A DNA stretch of 51,103 bases, from positions 1 through 51,103 of the forward strand of contig JAZDCY010000007.1 of NCBI GenBank assembly GCA_036679645.1, in the 5' to 3' direction. The position numbers and the translations under genes are program-made. Origin of the DNA: Gemmatimonadota bacterium (GTDB taxonomy: Bacteria > Gemmatimonadota > Gemmatimonadetes > Gemmatimonadales > GWC2-71-9). This document shows, in pieces, positions 1 to 8,270 of the stretch. The stretch's first letter is position 1. The number at the start of each line of letters is the position of its first letter. The notes beneath the pieces were generated by a model. The model was not told where the DNA came from, did no database searches, and worked only from the letters and a program-made list of their open reading frames with translations.

Positions 1-2004
1 ACGGCGCAGGCGATCGTGGCAAAGGTGATCACGGAGAAGGCGCCACCGGTGACGGCCGTGCGCGATACGGTCCCCTCGCACGTCGCTGCGGCAATTCAAA
101 AGGCGTTGAGCAAGCTTCCGGCCGATCGGTTCCCCTCGGCGGCGGCCTTTGCGGAGGCGCTCGTCACACCGGGTGCCGTGCCGCTCATTCCGACCATCGC
201 AACGGGTGCGGCCGTGCCCGCGGGTCGACGCGACTGGCGCGTGATCGCGCTCGCGGCCGGCCTGGTCGTGACGGTCATGATCGCGGCTGCGGGATGGCTC
301 ACCGCGCTCCGTCGGCCGGCTCCCCCCGTTCAGCGATTCGCGCTCGCCGTAGCGGACGAACACCGTATTGCGCCGATGTTTGGGCTGCCACTCGACATTT
401 CCCCCGACGGGCAGAGCTACGTGTTCGTCGGGCCGAGCGATCAGGGTCGCCAACTGTGGCTGCGAGAGCTGGACCGACTCGATCCCATTCCTCTGGGCGG
501 TACCAACGGCGCCGCGGCGCCGCGCTTCTCGCCCAATGGGCGCTGGATTGCGTTCGTGGCCGATCAGCGGCTCAAGAAGGTACCGGTGACGGGCGGCCCC
601 CCCATCACACTGGCGGACTCGGTCAACAGTACGCTCGCGGGTATCACCTGGGTGGGGGATGAAAGCATTCTGTTTACTCACGGCTCGTTTGGGATTCATC
701 GCGTCCCGGCCGCCGGAGGTGTGGCGGAGCCGGTCGTTGTCGTCGACAGCGGGGCGGCCAATGGTTACATGTTCCCTGACGCCCTGCCGGGGGGCCGGGC
801 GGCGCTCGTGACGCACTGCACGGATCAATGCGGTTCGATGACGGTCTCAACGCTGGATCTCGAGACCGGAGAGGTGACTCCCCTGGTGGAGGACGCCGCA
901 CGTGCGTGGTACCTGCCGACCGGTCATGTCGCGTACGTGAATCGCGAGGGCGCTGTGTTCGCGGTGCCATTCGACGTTCCCGCCCTCCGCATGGCGGGGG
1001 CCGCCGTACCGGTTGCTGAAGGCGTGCGAGTCCAGCTCCGCATCGTGCCCGAGATGGCCGTATCCGCTTCGGGGTCCCTGCTGTATCGCGGTGGCCTTGC
1101 GGGCGGGCTGCAACTCGCGTGGGTGGACCGGCGCGGGCAGGCACAGAACGTGGATCCGGAATGGACAGGGATCTTCCTGACGCCATCGCTGTCGCCGGAT
1201 GGCCGCTTGGCGGCAGTCTCCCTGACCGGTGGAGGTAGCCAGGACATCTGGGTCAAGACGCTCGATGCGGGACCGGCGTCCCGCCTCTCGTTCGAGGGAG
1301 CAGCGAACGAGCGGCCCGTGTGGTCGCCCGATGGTAGTCGGGTTCTCTATGTATCGAACCGTGCGGGCACTAAGCGTCTCTACGTCCGGCGGGCGGACGG
1401 TGGCGGGCAGGACTCTCTCCTGCTCGAGCACGCCGACGGAGTCGAGCAGGCGCTCTCGTCTCCGGACGGTCACTGGCTGGTGTTCCGGACCGGTGGGAGC
1501 GATGGAACGCGCGATATCTACGCCATTCGGCCCGGGGTGGATACCGTGCCGACGCCGCTGGCGACCACGCCGGCCGACGAATACGCCCCCGCCCTCTCAC
1601 CTGACGGGCGGTGGCTCGCGTACGTCTCTACCGAGTCCGGGAAGCCCGAGGTGTTCGTCGTACCGTTCCCCGACGCGCAGGCCGCGCGCTGGCAAGTGTC
1701 GGCCCGCGGCGGGAGCGGCCCGGTGTGGTCCCCTGACGGCACTGAACTGTTCTACGTCGACGGCGCCGGCAACATGGTTGCCGCCGAGGTCGCATCGCGC
1801 GCGCCGTTCGCGTTGGGCCAGCAGGAGGTCCTGTTCTCCATGTCGGAGTTCTCCCCGGACGTGTACCACCACTCGTTCGCCGTCCATCCGGACGGTGATC
1901 GGTTCTTGATGGTCCGCCTTTCGACGGAAGGCGGCGACGCGAATCTGATCCTCGTGCAGAACTGGTTCGAGGAGATCCGGGGCCGGTTCGAGGGAGAGCG
2001 GTGA
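1..2004 (+). CDS. Membrane Ser/Thr protein kinase with C-terminal TolB/PD40-like beta-propeller (5' part outside window); kinase paralog 1
   Basis: Frame is open from base 1 (TAQAIVAKVITEK, matching the end of the kinase domain in the paralogs), then a TM helix (VIALAAGLVVTVMIAAAGWL) and repeated SPDG/WSPDG propeller motifs. Confidence 0.9.
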   Translation, partial: TAQAIVAKVITEKAPPVTAVRDTVPSHVAAAIQKALSKLPADRFPSAAAFAEALVTPGAVPLIPTIATGAAVPAGRRDWRVIALAAGLVVTVMIAAAGWLTALRRPAPPVQRFALAVADEHRIAPMFGLPLDISPDGQSYVFVGPSDQGRQLWLRELDRLDPIPLGGTNGAAAPRFSPNGRWIAFVADQRLKKVPVTGGPPITLADSVNSTLAGITWVGDESILFTHGSFGIHRVPAAGGVAEPVVVVDSGAANGYMFPDALPGGRAALVTHCTDQCGSMTVSTLDLETGEVTPLVEDAARAWYLPTGHVAYVNREGAVFAVPFDVPALRMAGAAVPVAEGVRVQLRIVPEMAVSASGSLLYRGGLAGGLQLAWVDRRGQAQNVDPEWTGIFLTPSLSPDGRLAAVSLTGGGSQDIWVKTLDAGPASRLSFEGAANERPVWSPDGSRVLYVSNRAGTKRLYVRRADGGGQDSLLLEHADGVEQALSSPDGHWLVFRTGGSDGTRDIYAIRPGVDTVPTPLATTPADEYAPALSPDGRWLAYVSTESGKPEVFVVPFPDAQAARWQVSARGGSGPVWSPDGTELFYVDGAGNMVAAEVASRAPFALGQQEVLFSMSEFSPDVYHHSFAVHPDGDRFLMVRLSTEGGDANLILVQNWFEEIRGRFEGER

Positions 2005-2061
2005 TGCGATTGGCAATCGCCAATTGTCTTAGAGCGCGAATCGATTGCTCGAGCGGAACCG

Positions 2062-2181
2062 GCGTTGTTCCCGCGCTAAAGCGCGGGCTCGGCGCTGCGC
2101 GGAGCGTCCTGAAGGACGCGTGGGCGGAGAGCCCTTCAGGGCCCACCGCGGCCCGCAGGGCCGCGCCGAGCCGGGGCTTCA
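2062..2181. repeat. 120-bp multi-hairpin REP/REPIN-like element, copy 1
   Basis: Ungapped alignment with 5131-5250 gives 105/120 identity by manual count. Hairpins: cccgcgc-taaa-gcgcggg, gcgtcc-tgaa-ggacgc, gccc-ttca-gggc, gcggccc-gca-gggccgc, and ccggggc-ttca-gccccgg (last one runs into the array). Confidence 0.85.
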
Positions 2182-2350
2182 GCCCCGGAACCGCGTACGG
2201 GGACGAACGCCGTGGCCTTGGCCCCGGAACCGCGTACGGGGACGAACGCCGTGGCCTTGGCCCCGGAACCGCCTACGGGGACGAACGCCGTGGCCTTCGC
2301 CCCGGAACCGCGTACGAGGACGAACGCCGTGGCCTTGGCCCCGCAACCGC
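2182..2350 (+). repeat. 39-bp tandem repeat array (4 full units plus a partial)
   Basis: Unit gccccggaaccgcgtacggggacgaacgccgtggccttg starts at 2182, 2221, 2260, 2299, with a partial unit at 2338. Confidence 0.95.
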
Positions 2351-2368
2351 CCGCGAGGTCGGAGCCCG

Positions 2369-5005
2369 ATGAGCGAAATCACCGAGCGCCTCTCCACCGC
2401 CATAGCCGATCGCTACAAGATCGAGTCCCACCTCGGCCAGGGCGGCATGGCGACCGTCTATCTCGCGCACGACGTCAAACACGACCGCAAGGTCGCGTTG
2501 AAGGTCTTGCGGCCCGAACTCGCGGCCGTGATCGGCGCCGAGCGTTTCTTGCAGGAGATCAAGGTCACCGCCAACCTGCAGCACCCCAACATCCTGGCAC
2601 TGTACGACTCGGGTGAGGCGGACTCGTTCCTCTTCTACGTGATGCCGTACATCGAGGGTGAGTCGCTACGCGACAAGCTCGATCGCGAGAAACAACTGGC
2701 CGTTGACGACGCCATCGAGATTGCGCGTGGCGTAGCGTCTGCACTCGACTACGCGCATCGGCACGACGTTATCCACCGTGACATCAAACCAGAGAACGTC
2801 TTGTTGCACGACGGACAACCTCTGGTGGCGGACTTCGGGATCGCGCTAGCGGTCTCCAGCGCGAGCGGCAATCGGCTGACGGAAACGGGACTTTCCCTGG
2901 GCACCCCGCACTACATGAGTCCCGAGCAGTCGATGGGGGACCGCGAGATCGATGCGCGCTCCGATATCTACTCGCTCGGCGCGATGTTATACGAGATGCT
3001 TGCCGGAGAGCCGCCGTTCACGGGGCCCACGGCACAAGCGATCGTCGCAAAGGTCATCACGGAGAAGCCGGCCATGGTGACGATGGCGCGCGATACGGTG
3101 CCGCGCCACGTGGCGCTCGCAATCTATCGCGCGCTGTCCAAGCTGCCGGCGGACCGGTGGCCGAGCGCAGTCACCTTTGCCGAGGCGTTGGTGCGTCCGC
3201 GGATGGCCGACACGGATGCCTACCCACTTCCGTCCAGCGAGGCGCTCGCGGCGCCGGGGCCGCGCGCGTTTCACTGGAAGCGCATCCTCTGGCCCGCAAG
3301 CCTTGCCGTCGCCGTTGTGCTGGGGGCCATCGGTTGGCTCGAGAGCCCGCCGCCGCCTGAGCCGGTGCGACTCACGGTCACGCTACCAGGCTTCACCGGA
3401 ACACCATTCGGTCCGTCAATCGCGCTGTCTCCCGATGGCTCGACGCTCGTCTATGCGACCGCGGCGGCAGGCAGTTCGCCGTTCGTGGTGCGCCGGTTGG
3501 CGCAGCTTGGCACCACGCCGCTGTCCGGGACGGAAGGAGGGCTCGGCCCGTTCTTTTCCCCGGACGGCGAGCATCTCGGGTTCCTCGCAGACCAGTCAGC
3601 GATCAGACGAGTCAGCATCACGGGGGGGCCGCCAGTCACCGTGGCGGACTCCGCCGCCGGGCCCGGTGCCTGGAGTACGGACGGCTGGATCTACTTCGTG
3701 CATGCTGAGACCGGTATTGCACGCGTGCCGGAGGACGGGGGCACGATTGAACGACTGACCGAACCCGATACCGCATCCGCCGAGTTCGGTCACATCTGGC
3801 CAGATGTGCTCCCCGGTAACAAGGGCATTCTCTTCACATCGGCGCGGTTGCCGTTGACGAGTGCCAACATCATGGTCCTCGACCTGGCAACGCGGGAATC
3901 GCGCGTGCTGTTCGGTGGCACATACGCTCGGTATGCCGCCGGCCATATCGTTTATGCGCTCGCGGACGGCGCGCTCATGGCCGTTCCGTTCGATGCGGAG
4001 CGGCTCGAGGTCACGGGGTCGCCCGTCGCCCTCCTGGAGGGCGTTCCGGTCAAGATATTCGGGAGCGCCGAGTTTGCGCTGGCGCAGAACGGCACGCTCA
4101 TCTATGGAGTTGGCAGCGGCGAGTACGGCATCGCGCTCGTCGATCGGGCGGGAAACGAGGACCTGTATCCAACGACGGAACCTTCGGTGCTCTACCCACG
4201 CGTCTCACCGGACGGCGGTCGCCTCGTGCTGGAGGTACCAGGGGCCTTAGGGAACGATATTTGGGTCTATCACTTGCGCGATTCAACGATGTCGCGGCTG
4301 ACCTTCGAAGGCTTCAACAACTATCCGGAGTGGCTGCCCGACGGCGCGACGATCTCGTTCTCCCGCGGGGGCGTTGCAACAGCGGACCGCAACATCTTCA
4401 TGAAGCCGGCCGACGGCAGCGGTTCGGCGACACCCATCGAGCTGCCGACGTCGCAGGTCGAGGGCGTCTGGTCTCCCAACGGGGAGTGGTTGGTGTTGCG
4501 GCAGGGCGACCGGAGTCGGGGGCAGAACGCGAACCTTGCGGCGTTCCGGGTCGGATCGAACGAAGCCCCCACCGAGATTCTCAACACGCCGTTCATGGAG
4601 CGATCGCCGACCCTCTCGCCCGACGGGCGCTGGCTGGCGTACACCTCAACCGAATCCGGCCGTGACGAGGTGTACGTCCGGCCGTTCCCCGGTCCCGGCG
4701 GCCGGTGGCAGGTGTCGTCGGGCGGGGGCTCCGAGCCTCGCTGGGCACACAGCGGGCGAGAGATGTTCTACCGGGGTGGGAACGGACTGATAGCGGTCGA
4801 GATCCGCACACAGCCGTCGTTCGCCACGGGCAACCGAAAGCGCCTCTTCACGACCGGATCGTATCTGCCCGCCCTCAACCGCGCCGCGTACGACGTGATG
4901 CCCGGCGACTCGACATTCGTGTTCATCCGCAACCTGGGAGAAGCGCAACAGATGGTGATGGTGCTGAATTGGTTTGGGGAGCTGCGGGAAAGGACGGGGA
5001 AGTGA
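2369..5005 (+). CDS. Membrane Ser/Thr protein kinase with TolB/PD40-like propeller; paralog 2
   Basis: GQGGMATV, VALK, HRDIKPEN, DFG and GTPHYMSPEQ motifs, TM helix, SPDG repeats. Start set at MSEITERL by homology to the paralogs; the ORF-track extension runs through the repeats. Confidence 0.93.
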   Translation: MSEITERLSTAIADRYKIESHLGQGGMATVYLAHDVKHDRKVALKVLRPELAAVIGAERFLQEIKVTANLQHPNILALYDSGEADSFLFYVMPYIEGESLRDKLDREKQLAVDDAIEIARGVASALDYAHRHDVIHRDIKPENVLLHDGQPLVADFGIALAVSSASGNRLTETGLSLGTPHYMSPEQSMGDREIDARSDIYSLGAMLYEMLAGEPPFTGPTAQAIVAKVITEKPAMVTMARDTVPRHVALAIYRALSKLPADRWPSAVTFAEALVRPRMADTDAYPLPSSEALAAPGPRAFHWKRILWPASLAVAVVLGAIGWLESPPPPEPVRLTVTLPGFTGTPFGPSIALSPDGSTLVYATAAAGSSPFVVRRLAQLGTTPLSGTEGGLGPFFSPDGEHLGFLADQSAIRRVSITGGPPVTVADSAAGPGAWSTDGWIYFVHAETGIARVPEDGGTIERLTEPDTASAEFGHIWPDVLPGNKGILFTSARLPLTSANIMVLDLATRESRVLFGGTYARYAAGHIVYALADGALMAVPFDAERLEVTGSPVALLEGVPVKIFGSAEFALAQNGTLIYGVGSGEYGIALVDRAGNEDLYPTTEPSVLYPRVSPDGGRLVLEVPGALGNDIWVYHLRDSTMSRLTFEGFNNYPEWLPDGATISFSRGGVATADRNIFMKPADGSGSATPIELPTSQVEGVWSPNGEWLVLRQGDRSRGQNANLAAFRVGSNEAPTEILNTPFMERSPTLSPDGRWLAYTSTESGRDEVYVRPFPGPGGRWQVSSGGGSEPRWAHSGREMFYRGGNGLIAVEIRTQPSFATGNRKRLFTTGSYLPALNRAAYDVMPGDSTFVFIRNLGEAQQMVMVLNWFGELRERTGK

Positions 5006-5006
5006 A

Positions 5007-5097
5007 GCGATTGGCGATTAGAGATTGGAGATTAGTGATTGGCGATTGGGTGAACGTCCGTCAATCGCAAGTCGTCGATCGCAAATCGTCAATCGCT
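5007..5097. repeat. Degenerate heptamer (nnnGATT / AATCnnn) inverted-repeat hairpin
   Basis: gcgattggcgattagagattggagattagtgattggcgattgg ... caatcgcaagtcgtcgatcgcaaatcgtcaatcgc immediately after the kinase 2 stop. Confidence 0.75.
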
Positions 5098-5130
5098 TCG
5101 GCGCGCAAAGAGCACGCGCGAGCGAGATTC

Positions 5131-5250
5131 GCGTTGTTCCCGTGCTGAAGCGCGGGCTAGGCGCTGCGCGGCGCGTCCTAAAGGACATGCTGGCGGAGCG
5201 CCCTTCAGGGCCTGCCGCGACCCGCAGGGTCGCGCCGAGCCGGGGCTTTA
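5131..5250. repeat. 120-bp multi-hairpin REP/REPIN-like element, copy 2
   Basis: Homologous to 2062-2181, with a compensatory change gcggccc/gggccgc -> gcgaccc/gggtcgc. Confidence 0.85.
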
Positions 5251-5420
5251 GCCCCGGAACCGCGCGCGAGGGTGAACGTTGGGGGGGTAGCCCCGGAACC
5301 GCGCGTCAGGGTGATCGTTGGGGGGGTAGCCCCGGAACCGCGCGTCAGGGTGATCGTTGCGGGGGTAGCCCCGGAACCGGCGCCAGCGTGAACGTTGGGG
5401 CTTCAGCCCCGGAACCGCGC
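5251..5420 (+). repeat. 39-bp tandem repeat array (3 x 39 bp, 1 x 38 bp, plus a partial)
   Basis: gccccggaaccg core at 5251, 5290, 5329, 5368, 5406; the remainder of the unit (e.g. cgcgtcagggtgatcgttgggggggta) differs from array 1. Confidence 0.92.
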
Positions 5421-5436
5421 ACCGAGGTCGCCGCTG

Positions 5437-8124
5437 ATGACTGAGATCCCCGATCGTCTCTCCACGGCGGTTGCCGACCACTACCGCATCGAGCGAGAGG
5501 TGGGCCACGGCGGCATGGCGACCGTTTACCTCGCGCACGACGTCAAGCACGATCGCAAGGTCGCACTCAAGGTGTTGCGGCCGGATCTCGCCGCTACACT
5601 CGGCCCCGACCGGTTTCTGCGCGAGGTGAGGATCGCCGCCAATCTTCAGCACCCGCACGTGTTGCCGCTGTACGACTCGGGCGAAGCCGACGGATTCCTC
5701 TACTACGTGATGCCGTTCGTGGACGGCGAGAGCTTGCGTGCGAAACTCGATCGGGAGGGCGAGTTGCCGATCTCGGAGGCCGTGCGGATTCTGAAAGAGG
5801 TCACCGACGCGCTCGCGTACGCACACGAGCAGGGTGTCGTGCACCGCGACATCAAGCCCGACAACGTGATGCTCTCCGGCCGCCACGCGCTGGTCACCGA
5901 TTTCGGTGTGGCCAAGGCGGTGAGCGAGGCCACGGGGCGACAGCAGATCACGACCGCTGGCGTGGCGCTCGGAACACCGGCCTATATGGCGCCCGAACAG
6001 GCCGCTGCCGATCCGCACGTCGATCACCGAGCCGATATCTATGCGCTCGGTGCCATGGCCTACGAGTTACTCGCCGGCCGCCCACCGTTCACCGGTACGA
6101 CACCGCAACAGGTGCTCTCTGCGCACGTCACGACGGTCCCAGAGCCCGTGACGGCGCACCGCGCCGCGGTGCCGCTCGAGCTGGCCAACCTCGTCATGCG
6201 ATGCCTGGAAAAGAAACCGGCCGACCGGTGGCAATCTGCCGACGATCTCCTGCCACAGTTCGAGGCGCTGGGAACGAGCAGCGCAGGTATCACCCCGGTG
6301 GAGACGCGTCCGGTCAGCGCCGTGAGCGGAGAGATTGCCCCGGTCGCAAGGCGTTCACCCTTGGTCATGGCCGGCGTTATTGGGGCGGCTGTCGTCGTGG
6401 CGGCAATTGCCTTTGCCGTGCTGCGGTCTGGCGGCTCGCCGGCTCCAGGCGCAGACAACGGCCGCCCGATGCTCGTCGTGCTCCCGTTCGACAACCTCGG
6501 TTCTCCCAATGACGAGTACTTCGCCGATGGGATCACCGAGGAGATCACCAGCCGGCTCGCTCAGGTGAGTGGACTTGGTGTGGTTTCGCGCCAGAGTGCG
6601 GGCCAGTACAAGGACTCCAACAAGTCGCTGCGCGAGATCGGCGAGGAGTTACGCGTGCAGTACGTGCTCGAGGGAACGATCCGCACCGAGCGCGTGCCGG
6701 ATGGAATTGGCCAAGTGCGCGTGACACCGCAGCTCATTCGCGTATCCGATGACACCCATCTCTGGGCCGACCGGTACACTGCCGACCTCGTACCGGGCGA
6801 GCTGTTCGCGATTCAGTCGAACATTGCCGAGCAGGTTGCCTCGGCGCTTGGCGTGACGCTGCTTGGATCGGAGCATGAGGGTGTAGCGAGTCGTCCTACG
6901 GACAACCTCGAGGCGTACGAGGCGTACATGCGAGGCCTCGAGCGTTATCATCGCAGTTACGACGAAGCGGATCTGCGGGCGGCGGAGGTGGAGCTGCGGC
7001 AAGCCGTTTCGCTCGATCCCGACTTCGCGCTCGCGCACGCGACGCTTTCGCACGTCCACAACAATCTTTTCTGGTTCTCGTACGACATTTCGCCTACCCG
7101 TGCGGCTCTCTCTCGAGCATCCGCCGAACGCGCGTTAGCCATCGATTCCGCCCTTCCCGAAGCGCATATCGCGATGGGCGAGTACCTCTACCACGGCGAA
7201 CGGGATTACGAGGGCGCGCTGCGCGAGTTTGCGATTGCGCTCCCGCGCCGCCCGAACAATGCCGACCTGTATCGCGGTATTGGCGCCGTGCAGCGACGAC
7301 AGGGCCGTTGGGAGGAGGCGCTCGTAAACTTCCGCAAGGTGGCAGACGAGCTGAATCCGCTGTCCGCCACCGATCACTGGGAGATGGGTTCCACCGCGGA
7401 AACCATGCGCCGTTACGATCTCGCGGAACAGCACTACCGGCTAGTCATTGCGTTGGAATCCGCTCGCGCCGACGGGTACCTGAGCATGGCGGGCCTCGCC
7501 GTTCGGCAGAACGGCAACGCGGCCGGCGCGCGCCGGTGGCTGGACGACGGCGCGCGCGAAGCTGGGCCCAGCGCATTTGTGAGCGGATTTGCCACCTTCA
7601 TTGCGTCCGCCGTGCTACCGTACGCAGGCTCCGAGCTACGTGCGACTCTCATAGCACTCCCACGAAGCGCGTATGACGCGCCTTTCCAATACGATTTCTT
7701 CCGCGCGCAGTTGTTCCGTGCGGCGGCTGACTCTGTCCGCGCTCTGGCGTCGTTCGACTCGGCGCGCGTCGCGCTGGAGGTGTTGACGAGCCAGGGCACC
7801 GCCGAGTTTCAGGCTGGATTTGTGTACCCGACGCTGGCTCAGGCATACGCATACCTGGGTCGCGGTGACGAGGCAATCGCAGCCGCTCGCCGCGCGCTGC
7901 AACTCCTTCCCGTGGAGAAAGACGCGTTGCTCGGGAACGGGTCGCGCCTGACGCTGGCGATGGTGTATGCGACGCTCGGTCGGGCCGGGGAGGCGGTGGC
8001 CGAGCTCGAGAAACTCCTCGCCGTCTCTTCATCGGTTTCTCGCGCATCGCTGCGCGTCGACGCGGTTTGGGAGCCGATACGTGGAGATCCGGCTTTTCAG
8101 CGGTTGCTGGAGAGTGAGCGGTGA
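5437..8124 (+). CDS. Membrane Ser/Thr protein kinase with TolB-N-like (VLPFxN) domain and TPR-like helical C-terminus; paralog 3
   Basis: Kinase motifs HRDIKPDN, DFG, GTPAYMAPEQ; TM helix; LVVLPFDNL..DEYFADGITEEITSRL; Ala/Leu-rich TPR-like repeats ending in WEPIRGDPAFQRLL. Confidence 0.92.
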   Translation: MTEIPDRLSTAVADHYRIEREVGHGGMATVYLAHDVKHDRKVALKVLRPDLAATLGPDRFLREVRIAANLQHPHVLPLYDSGEADGFLYYVMPFVDGESLRAKLDREGELPISEAVRILKEVTDALAYAHEQGVVHRDIKPDNVMLSGRHALVTDFGVAKAVSEATGRQQITTAGVALGTPAYMAPEQAAADPHVDHRADIYALGAMAYELLAGRPPFTGTTPQQVLSAHVTTVPEPVTAHRAAVPLELANLVMRCLEKKPADRWQSADDLLPQFEALGTSSAGITPVETRPVSAVSGEIAPVARRSPLVMAGVIGAAVVVAAIAFAVLRSGGSPAPGADNGRPMLVVLPFDNLGSPNDEYFADGITEEITSRLAQVSGLGVVSRQSAGQYKDSNKSLREIGEELRVQYVLEGTIRTERVPDGIGQVRVTPQLIRVSDDTHLWADRYTADLVPGELFAIQSNIAEQVASALGVTLLGSEHEGVASRPTDNLEAYEAYMRGLERYHRSYDEADLRAAEVELRQAVSLDPDFALAHATLSHVHNNLFWFSYDISPTRAALSRASAERALAIDSALPEAHIAMGEYLYHGERDYEGALREFAIALPRRPNNADLYRGIGAVQRRQGRWEEALVNFRKVADELNPLSATDHWEMGSTAETMRRYDLAEQHYRLVIALESARADGYLSMAGLAVRQNGNAAGARRWLDDGAREAGPSAFVSGFATFIASAVLPYAGSELRATLIALPRSAYDAPFQYDFFRAQLFRAAADSVRALASFDSARVALEVLTSQGTAEFQAGFVYPTLAQAYAYLGRGDEAIAAARRALQLLPVEKDALLGNGSRLTLAMVYATLGRAGEAVAELEKLLAVSSSVSRASLRVDAVWEPIRGDPAFQRLLESER

Positions 8125-8204
8125 ATGGTTGTTCTGCAAGCAGGGGATGGTGCGCCACAGTTCGTTGAGAGCCAGGCGGGGTCGATCGACGATCGCGCTG
8201 CTAA

Positions 8205-8247
8205 CCACCAATCGCCAACCGCTAATCGCAAATCGGCAATCGCAAAC
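8205..8247. repeat. AATCGC-type heptamer tandem run
   Basis: accaccaatcgccaaccgctaatcgcaaatcggcaatcgcaaa. Confidence 0.6.
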
Positions 8248-8270
8248 CGTTCACGCGCGCCGGGGGCGGC

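Noticed and set aside
2182..2350. CRISPR or TIGR-like guide array
   Set aside because: The filler between cores is near-identical within each array, the constant core is only 12-13 nt, and no cas or Nop-domain gene is in the window. It is better explained as a tandem repeat.
2045..2368. 108-aa N-terminal extension of kinase 2 (and the shorter extensions of kinases 3 and 5)
   Set aside because: It reads through non-coding repeats; the paralogs align from MSEI/MTEI/MSDV.
5025..5444. 139-aa ORF similar to ORF 2001-2372
   Set aside because: The peptide similarity follows from the shared DNA element. It has a weak TTG start inside heptamer repeats, and a 38-bp unit changes the frame relative to the repeat.
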